Part shown: positions 40,948-55,342 of the stretch, one piece after another
Layout of the letters: every line of letters starts with the position of its first letter
Position numbering within the stretch: position 1 is the stretch's first letter
Assembly (NCBI GenBank): GCA_964016885.1
Contig: OZ024747.1
Location: forward strand, 56,172,001-56,236,000
Direction: 5' to 3'
Source of the DNA: Eledone cirrhosa
Taxonomy: Eukaryota
DNA: 64,000 nt
Translations under genes and position numbers: made by a program
Notes under the pieces: model-generated
Told to the model about the DNA's origin: nothing
What the model saw: the letters and a program-made list of their open reading frames with translations, nothing else
Database searches by the model: none

Positions 40948-41776
40948 ATATATATATATATGTGTGTGTATATATATATATATATATACATATATATACA
41001 AAAAGCACACAGTACACACTGTAAAGTGGTCATGTAGGCATCACTACAAAAGGCAGCCAGTACTCACTGTAAATGAGATTGGCACTAGAAAGGGCACCCA
41101 GCAGTAGAAATGAAGCCAAAATCGGTTCTGTGTGAGTATGATATGGACACCTGACCTACCATTGCTCACAACCGGATAACTCATCTTACCAATGCCAGCA
41201 CGGAGAAATTGACATTAAATGGTGATGATGATGAGGATAAATACACATACAGAGATAGTAAGACAAGATTGTGCGGTGTGTGTGTCTGCATAGTTTTCAT
41301 AGAGAGCAATCAATAAGAAGATTATTTTAGATATCAAAAACTGAAAAAATATTTATGAAATAAAACTAAAAACAACACGAACAGCAAATCTCTGAAACAT
41401 ATATTTTAATTGAATTTTGACTTTATTTAGTTGACATAAACAATATAGAAAATAATTAAAAGTAAAAAATGTATGTGTGTACGTTGTGTGTACGTACGTA
41501 TGTTTTGTATGGTATATATATATATATGAGTGTGTGTAAATATGTATGTATGTAAATATGTAAGTATGTATGTACATATGTATGCATATAATTGTGTATG
41601 CATGTATATATATATATATGTATGTATGAATATATGTATAGAATAAATATTTGAAGATGATTTTTTTTTAAGAATCATCAAGAAACTGATGTAAACATTA
41701 AAAGCTGTGTCAAAATCCATTATCTTCTGTCTGACAAATATCAGAATTTTGTCTGAATATATAATGCATACAAAAC

Positions 41777-41816
<40 letters not shown>

Positions 41817-41964
41817 CATATTATATATATATATATATATTATATTATATTATATTATATTATATTATATATATATATATATATATGTGTACATATATGT
41901 ATATATATGTACATATATGTATATAAATACACATATGTGCATATAAATACACATACACACACAC

Positions 41965-42017
<53 letters not shown>

Positions 42018-42590
42018 CACATATATATATATATGTGTGCGTGTGATTTAAAATCTCACATTATCGTTAACGTGAATATTTATGTATTTATTGATTTAAT
42101 TAGATTTATTTTCCTTTGACATGGTTGTTTATTAGCTAGAGTTATTATCAAGGGTTTTATGAACAAGTGTTATTATCAAGTGCTTTATTTTCAATATCCT
42201 GTTTGTTCATTTCTGTTTCTAATTTCAGACTAATTTTTTTTCTTTTATTTTGCCTGTTCAGAATTTGCCATTTGTGTGTCTATTAAAAAATGATTAATTG
42301 TATATGACATATTACTTCACTGCCCTTTGTACAGATATATACTCATCACTATACACTTGATGGTAAGAATATAATTATATGTGTGTGTATATATATATAG
42401 CATTATCATCATCGTCATTTTAACAGCCGCTAAATGCACCTACATCTATATATTTCATTTATTAGCCACAAGGGGCGACATGTAATCATAATAATAATAA
42501 TAATATATATATATATTAATAATAATAATAATAATAATTAATATATATATATATGTGTGTGTGTATGTATATATATATTCATATATATAT

Positions 42591-42956
42591 CATCATTCAT
42601 CATTTCATTTTACATCCACTTTTCCCTGCTTGCAAGGGTTGGACGGGTACTGATTCTGGCTTGATTTCAACAGCTGGATGCCCTTCCTAACACCAACCTC
42701 ATTTACAGTGAGTGGTGGATGCTTTTTTTCCATGGCGCCTACACGTCCACTTTACAGTGTGGGCTGGGTGCTTTTTTGCCATGGCACCTCCTCGAACACT
42801 TTGCAGTGGAATGATAGGGAAGCCAGTCCCTATCATCTCATTTCTACAGCTGAGTGAACTGGAGCAACGTGAAATAAAGTGTCTTGCTCAAGGAATCAAC
42901 ACATCACCCGGCCTGAGAATTGAACTCACAACCTTTCGATTGTAAGGCCAATGTGC
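42591..42956 (-). mobile_element. SINE family A, head truncated by a family B copy
   Basis: Reverse complement of family A. Confidence 0.88.
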
Positions 42957-43115
42957 TACTTTTGGCACAAGGCCAGCTATTACTCCAGTGTATTACTGGT
43001 ACTTTATTTTAGCGACCCCCATAAGGATGAAAGGCAAAGTTAACCTCGGCGGGATTTGAACTCAGAATGGCAAGGGCCGTAACTCAATGCATCAAAGCAC
43101 GGCGTCCGACCCTCC
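42957..43115 (-). mobile_element. SINE family B
   Basis: Reverse-complement homolog. Confidence 0.85.
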
Positions 43116-43172
43116 TAATAATAATAATAATAAATAATAATATATATATATGTGTGTGTGTGTGTGTGTATG

Positions 43173-43204
<32 letters not shown>

Positions 43205-43377
43205 CATATATATACATATATATATATGCATACACATGATTATGTATACATGTATAAGTGTGTCTGTATATATGTATATGTGTGTGTGTATATATATGTG
43301 TACATGTATATATTCTTACAATTAAGCTTAATATATAACAAATATTTGCTTCCTTGTTTTATATATTCATACATATA

Positions 43378-43622
43378 TGTGTTGGTATGGCCATGTGATG
43401 CGCATGGAAGATGACTGCTGGGTGAAGAAGTACCAAGAAATCCTGATGGAAGATACAGTAGAGGAAGACCATGAAAAACATGGGCAGAGGTGTTGAAAGC
43501 TAACCTCAGGTCGCTAAAGCTCACAGAGGAGATGATAAGGGTCTGTGGCGAATGGAGAGATGCTGTGCTGAAGAGGAACCATCCCACCCTTGCAAGCAGG
43601 GAAAAGCGGACATAAAATGATA
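43378..43622 (+). mobile_element. RTE-like LINE 3' end whose terminus matches the SINE family A tail
   Basis: WYGHVMRMEDDCWVKK..RGRP*KTWAEV.., ending cccacccttgcaagcagggaaaagcggacataaaatgat. Confidence 0.82.
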
Positions 43623-44085
43623 TATATATATATATTTAATGTTAGGTTTAATTAATATATATAGAGTATGGATATATAATGTTTCTCAGAAAAAGCTCAA
43701 CAAAACTTTTGTTTAGAGCATCATCATCATCATCATCATCAACGTTTAACGTCCGTGTTCCACGCTTGCATGGGTTTGGATGAGGGTAGTCCCACTTGAG
43801 GCAAGAGTGATTGTCTTGCTCGCATAGGACTGTCTGGCAGGTTTTCTACAGTTGGATGCCCTTCCTAACACCAACCACATTTACAGTGTGGGTCTGGGAG
43901 GTTTTTACCGTGTTGCCTACACGGCCACATTACAGCGTGGACTGTGTGTTTTTTTGTCGTGACACCTACACGATCTCATTTAAACAATATATAGAAATCA
44001 TATAACTCTAATAAAGGGAGGAGTGCGGGACTCCCAAATATATTTTTTTATCCTGTTAGCAAAATAAGTTAAATTATTTTCAATA

Positions 44086-44271
44086 AATAATTGTTTCTAC
44101 TTTTGGCACAAGGCCAGCAATTACCCAGTACATTACTGGTACTTTATTTTATCGACCCCGTAAGGATGAAAGGCAAAGTTAACCTCGGCGGGATTTGAAC
44201 TCAGAATGGCAAGGGCCGTAACTCTATGCGTCAAAGCATGGCGTCCGACCCTCTACCTATACTGCCAATCC
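44086..44271 (-). mobile_element. SINE family B, full length
   Basis: Reverse-complement homolog. Confidence 0.88.
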
Positions 44272-44803
44272 ATAATGAATGTATATTACATAATTTATGT
44301 ACTAAATTTCCTAGTTGTTGATTAAACATAAATATTCTTATATATAATGATTGCTTATTTTAAGATTCACTTCTTTTAAAATTTTCAAATGTCTACACTT
44401 CCGGTTTGCGTCCGTTATAACATAACACTTATTACATTGCTTATATAAACATCCATATATTTGCATTGTTATATAAGGTTTTATTAGATTTAACCGTAAT
44501 GCAGTTTAGATGTAATATCGTCTTTTTTAAATGTATCATGGAATACTTTACTGATTACAGAAGAGAGTGTAACACAGTCTCTCTTCAATTTCTGTGCATA
44601 TTGTCAATTATGATTTTATTAGACCAGTGCTCTGTGAGTGACATTTGGTTGACAGAAACTGTGTAGAAACTCACCATATGTATACATTTATATAGGTGAA
44701 GTGTTTATTGTATAGAAACCAACCAGACTACAGATCAGAGTAATTCTTGATGCATGTTTAAGTACAGAGTTAGTAGCAACCAATCATGTTCCCACAACTG
44801 CTG

Positions 44804-45510
44804 CAGCCAGTCGGGGACCACACTAGATGCTTTCACAGTCAGTACGGGGTACCACTCTAGATGCTTTCACAGCCAGTATGGGGTACCACTCTAGATGCTT
44901 TCACAGCCTGTCAGGGTACCACTCTAGATGCTTTCACAGCCAGTACGGGGTACCACTCTAGATGCTTTCACAGCCAGTCGGGGTACCACTCTAGATGCTT
45001 TCGCAGCCAGTCGGGGTACCACTCTAGATGATTTTGCAGCCAGTACGGGGTACCACTCTAGATGCTTTCACAGCCAGTCAGGGTACCACTCTAGATGCTT
45101 TCACAGCCAGTACTGGGTACCACTCTAGATGCTTTCACAGCCAGTCGGGGTACCACTCTAGATGCTTTCGCAGCCAGTCGGGGTACCACTCTAGATGCTT
45201 TCGCAGCCAGTCGGGGTACCACTCTAGATGCTTTCACAGCCAGTCGGGGTACCACTCTAGATGCTTTCACAGCCAGTCGGGGTACCACTCTAGATGCTTT
45301 CGCAGCCCGTCGGGGTACCACTCTAGATGCTTTCACAGCCAGTTGGGGTACCACTCTAGATGCTTTCACAGCCAGTCGGGGTACCACTCTAGATGCTTTC
45401 ACAGCCACTCGGGGTACCACTCTAGATGCTTTCTCAGCCAGTCGGGGTACCACTCTAGATGCTTTCACAGCCCGTCGGGATACCACTCTAGATGCTTTCA
45501 CAGTCAGTCG
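44804..45510 (+). repeat. 33-bp minisatellite, about 21 copies: CAGCCAGTCGGGGTACCACTCTAGATGCTTTCA
   Basis: Direct tandem array without spacers; some units are 34-35 bp. Confidence 0.96.
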
Positions 45511-45529
45511 TTCCCACCGGTCTCTATTT

Positions 45530-45705
45530 TCCATTATGTGTAGAAGGGTCTCAGTGTTGTGACTAGTCCAATCTTTGAGGTGGCCTTTCTCTTCTTTTTC
45601 CTCCCTCAACAAGGGCCCTAAAAGATGATTTCAGACAAGGAGTTATAGCAAGATACATGACCATACCAGGCAAGCTTCTGTCTTTTCACCATCACTAAGA
45701 GAATT
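45530..45705 (-). mobile_element. RTE-like LINE fragment
   Basis: Minus strand reads LLVMVKRQKLAWYGHVS..VEGGKRRERP. Confidence 0.6.
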
Positions 45706-45854
45706 TGCAGTCTGCTAGAATATTTGGAAACAGACCAGTCAGGTGACTAGGCCCTGCATGTGCACTTTTTTGGGGGCATGATTTCTATGGTTGTATGTCC
45801 TTCCTAACATTAACCACTTTACAGCATATACTAGGATGTATATGCTGTAAACAT

Positions 45855-46075
45855 TTTATCATGACTCCAACATTATACCTTACAGGATGGACTGGGTGCT
45901 TTTGTCATGACACCAGTACTACCAACTTATGATATGGGCTGCATGCTTTTCATCATGGCACCAATACTACCAAATTATGGGATGGGCTGGGTGCATTGGT
46001 TGTGACACCAGCACTACCAACTTATAGGATGAGCTGGGTGCTTTCGTTGTGACACCAGCACTACCTCATTACAGT
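45855..46075 (+). repeat. ~47-bp tandem repeat (4-5 copies) derived from a SINE internal module
   Basis: gacaccagcactaccaacttataggatgagctgggtgcttt repeated. Confidence 0.7.
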
Positions 46076-47485
46076 ACTACGTTGCTTAGAGCATTTGGCA
46101 TGCTAGAAAGGCATTGGTTGGGGTTGGGGCTAGCATACAGGCCTTGCACAGTGAGGGGGCTTCATGATGGTAGCATGAAACAAGTGGATGGTATCTGACA
46201 TATTGTGGTGTGTGCCTGGCTCCCCTTAATGGTCTAAAAAGGGCATTTATATACTGCTTGGAGCAAAGTGGATGGGTAGTGTCTCTTTTGGGGGTTTTCC
46301 AGGCTTTCCTAGGTTTGGAAAGTGTTGTGTGTGCAAGGGTTCAGAAGAGAAGGGCAATCAAGTAAGGTTTGTCCTATGCTAGTATAGGTTGGACGAAGAA
46401 ATCAGGTGTATACTGGCCTGTTATATATATATAACATTCCACAATGAAAAATGTGGCTGACATTAGGAAGGGCATCTAGCCATAGAAATCAAGCCAGATT
46501 TGGTCCACTGTGAACTGGCGACGGTCATTTGTTCTGGCTTGGCTCAAATCTGGACAACTCGTCTAACCCATGGTAGCATGGAAAAATGGATGTTAAATGA
46601 TGATGATGATGATGATGATTTAATATATATATGTGTGTATGTGCATGTCTATGTTTATGTATATTTGTATGTGTATGAATATGTATATTTGTATGTATAT
46701 ATATATTTGTATGTCTGTGTATATGTTTATAATTCTCTCTATATTTATGTCCTGCCATTTACGGGTTTAACAAAGGAGATTGATAATATAGCCACACTTG
46801 AAAACAATAGCTACTGGGACCAAAATGTGCAAGTGAATTCTTCTAAGTCAGTAAGTACCCCAAGACCCCAGCATGACCACTGAAAGCAGTGAAGGAATAA
46901 ATAATAGAATACATTTAAAAATATACAGTATACTAAAAATATAGCCACAAAAAGAAAGAAGAAGGTGACCTTATGAGACCTTTACTAAAACAATGATATC
47001 TAGACACAACATATATGAACTTTTGACTCCTAAACACACACACATATATACACATACACACACACATATATATGTGTATGTGTGTGTGTATTTATATAAC
47101 AATAAACACAACAAAAATTTGCAAAACATTACAATAGAATAATCAGTGTTAATATGAAGGAAAATCTAACAGCAACAATCAGCAAATTAGAAGATAATAA
47201 TTCACCCAAACTAAATCAATTATTGTGTATTAATTGTGAGAAGAAATATTTTCTCTCAATCTCTCTCCCTCTTCTCTCTCTATCTCTATCATCATCATCA
47301 TCATCATCATTTTTACATCCGTTTTTTTCCAAGCTTCCTCAGCTATAAATAAACAAAACATCTTCAGATCAGATGATAGTCATAATTGACCAGATAAAGA
47401 CTACTGGTGGTAGTGGTAGTGGAAGTGATGGGGCTAGTAGTAGTAGTGGTGGTATTCGTATTGGTAGTAGTAGGAGTAGTGGCAT

Positions 47486-47534
<49 letters not shown>

Positions 47535-47682
47535 CATGGTGGTGCTGATGGTGGTATGCAAATGCACACCCACTCAGATTTCTCTTAAATACTATGTCAC
47601 ACTACATCTCCCTGAGAACTACATTCAGGGTACACATGTCTGTTGAACACTCATCCACTTACACATGAGCAGGCACTTCTGT

Positions 47683-47928
47683 GATATGTGGTTAGAATGT
47701 CTCAAGAAATAATTGCTGGACAGATTTTACAGGCAAAACCAATCTGCAGGAGACCCAGGAGTAGACCCCAAGCAAGATGGTTGGATAACATTCATGAGCT
47801 TGACTGGTCTTGCTTGGGGATCCAGCTGGATCAGTTGGAGCTGGTTCCTTCTGATAGGACCCACCGGAAAGAGTGTTTGAGGACTCTGCCCCCACAACCC
47901 ACTCAGGAATAAGTGGGTGAAGAAGAAG
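47683..47928 (+). mobile_element. RTE-like LINE 3' end with a (GAA)n tail
   Basis: VVRMSQEIIAGQILQAKPICRRPRSRPQARWLDNIH. Confidence 0.78.
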
Positions 47929-48949
47929 GCACTTCTGTTGATCAAATCAACTGGAACCTTTTTCGCCTGAACCATGGAGGTCTACCAACAACAGGTGTGT
48001 TATGTTAGAACAAATGATCTGATACTGATAATCATATAATCCATCACTGGCTATTTCATGGTTGTGCCATCAGCAACTGTCAACCCCACTTTTAGCTGAC
48101 ACCCTGGTGTGTAGAGGGTACACGAACACCCTGAGAGGACAAACAAACTACCGTATTAACTCAATATAATTTGACCCCAACTCCTATTTTATATCTGAGA
48201 AGTAGGCAAAAATGCAAACCCTGTTTATAAGCCAATCAACACATTATATTTAGATGGCATCGTTGTGAAATTGGTATAGTATTCACCTACAAAGCAAAAA
48301 TATTTCAACCTCTCATTCACGGAGATTTTGGTGAAAATCAGCAAAATATGGGCCTCAAACACGTCACCCATCCATTTTACCATTGATTATTTTTGTCACA
48401 TATTAGTTGTGGTAGTGCTAGTAATAATAGTAATATTATTAACGGTTGTGGTGGTAGTAGTAGTGATGGTAGTAGTAGTGATAGTAGTAATAGTGATGGT
48501 ACTAGTAGTAGTGGTAGTATTAGTAGTATTGGTTAATATACAAGTATATATGTTATACACCTGTCAACAAGGACAAATAAACTCAGCCAAGAATGAATCA
48601 GAGTTGGTTCCATCAAACCTACAAATAGAATTGGAGATGGAGCATTAACTCGTGTTACCATATTTTTAATGATATAAACTGTATTTGAGTTAATTAATGA
48701 AGAATTTGCAGGGATTTACTAAAATTATTTATTTCAATTATTAAGGTTTTATTTGTAGCATAATTTAACATACGGTTTTTATATAAAGCTATGTTGAAGG
48801 ATTTTAAATAAGAAGACTTTTGAAGGTTGATTTTGTTTTGCAGAACTGGAGGCAGTTTTGTATCGGTTAGTATCAAAAGTGGTAAGGATTTTGAGTCTAG
48901 CATTGGTGACTCTCTTGGAAAACCCTTCATCTAGATATCTCTCTCAGAC

Positions 48950-49785
48950 ATAGTGAGAAAAGCTTCTTTATAAGTATAAGGACCACCCATAGTGCTCACA
49001 GACAGAAGCTCTTTTAAGTAAAAGGATCACCCATGATAATTCACCGACAGTAGCTCCTTTAAGAACAAGGATCATGCAAAGTAGCTCACAGTCAGAAGCT
49101 CCTTTAAGTACAAGGATCATGCATGGTAGCTCACAGTCAGAAGCTCCTTTAAGTACAAGAATCACCCATGATATCTCACTGACAGAAGCACCTTTAAGTA
49201 CAAGGATCATCATAATCATCATCATCATCACTGTTTGAAATCCATTTTCCACGCTAACATGGGTAGGGCAGGCTGTCCCTTTATGAGAGATCTGGTAGGA
49301 GGACCATGTTTCGCTCAGGCAGGGCTGATTTTGGCTTGGTTTCTATGGCTGGATGCATTTCCTAATGCCAACCACATTTACAGTGTGCATTGGGTGCTTT
49401 TTGTCTTGACACCTACACGACCACATTACAGCATGGCCTGGGCACATTTTGTCGTGTTGCCAACACGACCACTTTACAGTGTGGGCTGGGTGCACATCCA
49501 TAGTAACTCACCAACAGAAGCTCCTTCAAGTAAAACAGTCACTCATGGTAGCTCACCAATAGAAGCTCCTTTAAGTACGAAGACACCCATGATAGCTCAT
49601 AGACAAAAAGCTCCTTTAAGTACAAGGATCACCCATGGTAGTTTACCAACTGAAGCACCTTTAAGTACAAGGATCACCCATGGTAGTTCACCAACAGAAG
49701 CACCTTTAAGTACAAGGATCACCAAGGGTAGTTCACTGATAGTACAAGAATCATGCAAAGTAACTCAGTGAGAGAAACTCCTTTG
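48950..49785 (+). repeat. 45-bp minisatellite split by a SINE (49205-49497)
   Basis: Unit ~ agctcaccaacagaagctcctttaagtacaaggatcacccatggt on both sides of the SINE. Confidence 0.88.
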
Positions 49786-51009
49786 CAAGTATGGAAACCA
49801 TTTGTCATGGCTTAAATCAGCTTCGTATTTTATGAGAAATTGTAACAACAGTGAAACACCTCTGCCACTATCACTCTGATATTGAAGTAACTGTAACTCT
49901 GATCCCAGATTAAAAGATCCATAGTGAGACTAAATATATGTTTATTATACATAAATATGTTTTATATTGGTTCATATACTGAAATATATAGATGACTGTT
50001 TCATAATCTGACTTGTAACGGATACTTGTATTTCAGAATTATTACACTTCATCAGCATTCACTTACCTATAGTATATGGGTCCATATATACCTTTGTTCT
50101 TAATCATGCTATTAATAAATAGTAGTTTGTCTGGCTTGCTCTGTGTGCAAATAATCCTTCACCAAGAATAGTTTATTTGCAATATCTATATTTTCTTCTG
50201 TAGCATGAATATGTTAGTACTATTACTAATTATTACTGTATCTGTTATATATTTTTTTGCTGTATGTTTGTGTAACATTGGTGTGTATATATATATATCA
50301 TTCATATTATCGATGCATATGTGTATATATATATATATCATTCATATTATCGATGCATATGTGTGTATGTGCGCACACACACATTGTATGTATATATATA
50401 TACATGCACGCACACACACACACACACACACACGCACACATATATATATATATTATGATTTCCTTATTTTTCTATAGGACAATAGAGAAATTGAATAAAC
50501 AGAATCTGTCTTCAGTTGCAGGAAAATAATAGATTTACATTCTGGTATAAACATAAATGGACTCATTTATTACCAACCCTCCCTACATACATATACAAGA
50601 TTGCAGAGGAAAACACACACAGACGTGTATGTATGTATGTATGTATGTATATATATATATATACACACTTACATTTGCATATTTATATATATATATATTA
50701 ACATGCCTATATGCATAATTGACTTGCTTATATGCCCCAATACATCCAAATAGATCTGTATAATACGAAAAACACACACAGGGATGTACATATGTATGCA
50801 TGTACACATTCATTTATATATGTATATGTGTGATCTGTGTGTCTTTATGTAGCTTATTTAAAGTTATGATTTTACCTTAGCTATTTCCTAAGTATATCTT
50901 ATTAACCATTCTATACCATTCCATACCATTATGTTGGATTCCAACTTATAGCTTTGTTTACTAATGACTAACTCTTCCAAAAATTCTTTACTCTATAAAC
51001 AGTAAAACC

Positions 51010-51555
51010 TCCAACACCAGCACCACCAGTACCACCATGGTCACCACCATTATCAATACCTCCACATTCACCACAATTACTGCCACTAACAAACACCAAC
51101 ACCACCATCACCATTACCACTGACATAACTATCAATAGTATCTCTCCAAATATCACTATCATCATCACTAACACCACCGCAAACATCACTATCACCATCA
51201 TTACCACCACTGTCATAACTAATACCATGGACACTACCACCACCTCCACCACCACCACCACTACCACTGTTACAACCATCAGCAGTACCTCTGCAATCAC
51301 CACCACTACCACCACCAACACCACCAACACCACCAACAACAACAACAACAACCCTAACACCACTGTCATGACCATCAGCAATACCTCTCCCACCTCCATC
51401 ACCCCAACCACCACCATCACTACAACCACCACCATCACCCCAACCACCACCATCACTACAACCACCACCATCACTACAACCACCACCATCACTACAACCA
51501 CCACTATCACCACAACCACCACTATCACCACAACCACCACCACCACCACCACTCC
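51010..51555. repeat. Degenerate (ACC)n repeat with 21-bp higher-order units
   Basis: acaaccaccaccatcact-type repeats. Confidence 0.88.
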
Positions 51556-51934
51556 TAATACCAACCAATTTTTATTTTCAATTCTAACAACATTGTTTGT
51601 CATCCTTTCCAAAAAGCTTTGAACATTGGCTCATTTCAATGTTCAGAATTTCATCTTTCAGAACAACAACACCACCAGCAACAACAATTATAATGAGCCA
51701 ATGAGGAGGCTGTTTATAGTCACTTGACTTCCAAGAAACAACAGCCAATTCTCTCCATAATAACATACTACTGCCTTCAAAATACAACAATAAAATGATA
51801 CAAACTGTGTAGTTATAAATATATGGACAGAACATGATTGAGTGGTTAAGAAGTTTTGCTTTGCTATCATAAGGTTCTAAGTTCGACACCACTCTGTAGA
51901 ATCTAGGGCAAGTACTTTATTCATTATTATCATT

Positions 51935-52290
51935 GGATTGGCAGTATCTGTAGAGCATCAGACATGCTTTGCAACAGATAGTTATGGTTCTTTATGTTCT
52001 GTGTAGCTTTGCCTTTCATCCTTACAAGGTCGATAAAATAAAGTACCAGTAAGGAACTGAGGTTAATTAAATCGACTTTCCTCTCTTCAAAAATTATTGG
52101 CCTTGGATTGGCAGTATCGGTAGAGAGTCGGACGCCATGCTTTCCAGCATAGTTATGTCCCTTTACGGTCTGAGTTCAAATCCTGCCGAGGTTAACTTTG
52201 CCTTTCATCCTTACGGGGTCGATAAAATAAAGTACCAGTAATGAACTGGATAATTGCTGGCCTTGTGCCTAAAGTAGAAACAATTATTAT
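51935..52290 (+). mobile_element. Two tandem SINE family B copies (an older one at 51935-52103 and a younger one at 52104-52290)
   Basis: ggattggcagtatc heads at 51935 and 52105. Confidence 0.85.
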
Positions 52291-52384
52291 CACTATTTTT
52301 CTAATTCCATCTCTCCCTGCCTACCAATGTGCCCTTCCTAAACTGTATTGAACCCCCTCATGTTTGGAAAATGATGATGTGATA

Positions 52385-52418
<34 letters not shown>

Positions 52419-53711
52419 GGAGGAGGAGGAGGAGATAGGGAAATTATGACAATAAGAATGATAATTATAACTTATATTTGGGGAGGGCCATGTTGTCCTA
52501 AAATTGCCAAAACATAGTAAAACACACTCACTGTTTGGTTTGATTTTCACTTCAGTATATTTATATAAATAATTTATATAAATTATTTAGCTGGCAATCA
52601 ATATTTATCATTGATTGATCAACAGTTAAAAATATAAATATATTTTATCAAAGTTCTTTCATCACACATTTCTGTGACAACTTCAGTGATTATTGCTGTG
52701 TTTCCTCCCTTTGTGTTTCTATAACTTATTTTGGTTGTCTCTGTTTGCACATGTGTTTGTGTGCATGTATTCTGTTTGGTGTGTGCTCACGTGTTCATGT
52801 CTGAGTGTGCATGTGTTCATGTGTTTATATTCTATCTTTGGTCACTAGTGTGTTTGGTGTGTGCTCATGTGTTCATGTCTGAGTGTGTATGTGTGCATGT
52901 GTTTATATTCTATCTTTGGTCACTAGTGTGTTTGTGTGTGTGAATTGCAAAACAAATTTATTGATATTTATAACAAGAAATTTTCAGCAAACCATGAACT
53001 GTATACCCTAATGTTTTTTGATTTTGGCACAGGGCCAACAATTTAGGGGAAGGGTAAAGTTGATTAAATCAACCCCAGTGTGTTACTGGTACTTTATTTT
53101 ATCAATCACTTTGTCTGTCTACCTGTTTATTTATATATCCCTTGTTTGTTTACCTATCTTTCTATCTAATAGAAATCAAGTGTCATACACAAAATGAATA
53201 CAAATTTTACTCTCACATGGAGAGAAAAACAAATGATTAGCAGCAATTCTAAGTGACTTTCAAGGGGAGAAAATTTCAATAGATACAGTTTTGAAATGGC
53301 GCCCTAAATTGGTTTGACAGAAGAGCTGCAACAGAAGATATAACTCGAACTCTTCACTGGGAATAATTTCAGCACAATACAAAATAAGATAGGATATTCA
53401 CTGCCTCTGTCTCTTTCACTCTCCCCATCTCTCACTATTATAAGCAAATGGGCGCCCATGCACTGGCCACCGTGTAACCCTGGCGGATGGCGGACAGAAT
53501 AGATTAGTAGCTCTTCCAACATGTCTCCCTCACCATCCTCTGAGGAAAAGCCTTCTCCATTTCAATAAATTACGAATTACTTTAACAGAAAATTATTAAA
53601 TTTTATGCTTAAGTAATCTTTTCTATTTTCATATAGTTTTCTACCTCCTACCCACTCTCTCCATTTCCTTTTACATCTCCCTTACACATCATCATTCTCA
53701 AACATTGTCTA

Positions 53712-53888
53712 GGCAGTATCGGTAGAGGGTCGGACGCCATGCTTTCCAGCATAGTTACGTCCCTTTACCATCTGAGTTCAAATCCCGCCGAGGTTGACTT
53801 TGCCTTTCATCCTTACGGGGTCGATAAAATAAAGTACCAGTAATGCACTGGTAATTGCTGGCCTTGTGCCTAAAGTAGAAACAATTAT
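53712..53888 (+). mobile_element. SINE family B
   Basis: Homologous to 52104-52290. Confidence 0.88.
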
Positions 53889-54461
53889 CCTCTTTGACTC
53901 TTTAGTGCATAAATATTCATTCTCTTTTGATGATATGGATGTTAGATATTGACAATAGTATACTACTGCTTGATTTGACAGCCAGATGATATTATGGCTG
54001 AAACTTCAAAATCACTGCCATATTCCTCTTTGAAAAATAAATTTTACATCCAGTCCACATGTATTGAGTGCAAATTCAGTTAATGTTTGACAATGTTTTA
54101 AATATCCTAACGTTGAAAGAGATAGAAAGCTAACCAATACAACATGGACTGTTAGATGAGGTAGTGAAAAGTAAAAGTTACCTGGTAATCTTTGTTTTGT
54201 TTTGTTGTTGATATTGTTCTTTTATCTATCCAATAATTTGGGACCTAAAAGGAACTTTCAGGGGATAACGTTCCAAATTCCTCTGTTTGGGATAAAATTT
54301 CATTTTGATTAAAAAACTTTCTAAGTCGTTTTCAAGCGTTTTTTTTTTATGGTTACTTCATTTTCCACGCGAGTGACGTCAATTGCCAATATAGCATTTC
54401 GTGAAATCAATTTTCTTTTTTGTATGAGATGTTTAGTTTGTGAGCCTGTGGGAGTGTCTTT

Positions 54462-54745
54462 TTATGTCGAGTACTGTGTGCTGACTTCTAATCTATTATT
54501 TATTTGTGGGTTGAGTCTACGTATGAGCAAGGCTTCCTTAATTCTTAAGTTGCCCACATTTCTATCACTGGCTTTAAGGGTAATGGTCAGATGTTGATTG
54601 ATGTTTCTACATTTGTCAATGTGTTTTTTGAATGAGGATTCCTGTGTGTTGAGGTGTTCTTTAATGTTAGTGTAGAGTGTTCGAGTCGTGCTTACAATGT
54701 AGAACTCCTTACATTTGTTGCATTCAAACATTAAATATCCTACTA
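54462..54745 (-). pseudogene. PLE GIY-YIG endonuclease C-terminal fragment
   Basis: YLMFECNKCKEFYIVSTTRTLYTNIKEH..SSFKKH..LRIKEALLIRRLNPQINNR. Confidence 0.82.
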
Positions 54746-54797
54746 TTTAAAGTACACACTCATAAAATATGTGTGTCTGTGTGTATGTATGTGTGTG

Positions 54798-54850
<53 letters not shown>

Positions 54851-55294
54851 CTGTGTGTATGTATGTATGTATATATGTGTGTGTGTGTATGTATATGTGT
54901 GTGTATGTATATGTGTGTGTGTATGTATATGTGTGTGTGTGTATGTATATATGTGTCTGTATGTATATGAAGGTTATAGAGAAACAGATTGATGAGCAGA
55001 CACAAAAGATCTGAATAGAAAATGCACACATACACACACATATACATACATATACAATATGTGTTTCTGTCTGCATGCATTTGTTTACATTTTAATCCAA
55101 TCTGATTTATATAAAATTTTACTTCTTTTTAATCTGTCAAAACGGCTGGCAGCCATTTTACATTTTATGTTTCATATTTTTAATGGTGGTTGGTATTGGT
55201 TGATTTATTGAAAAATTCAATGAAGATTTTTAATAAACATCATATTATTCAATAGAATTGTATAATATATATATACAATTATATATACATATAT

Positions 55295-55342
<48 letters not shown>

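Noticed and set aside
44804-45510. CRISPR array or cloning-vector polylinker
   Set aside because: Units are contiguous with no unique spacers, there are no cas genes, the context is eukaryotic, and units show natural divergence.
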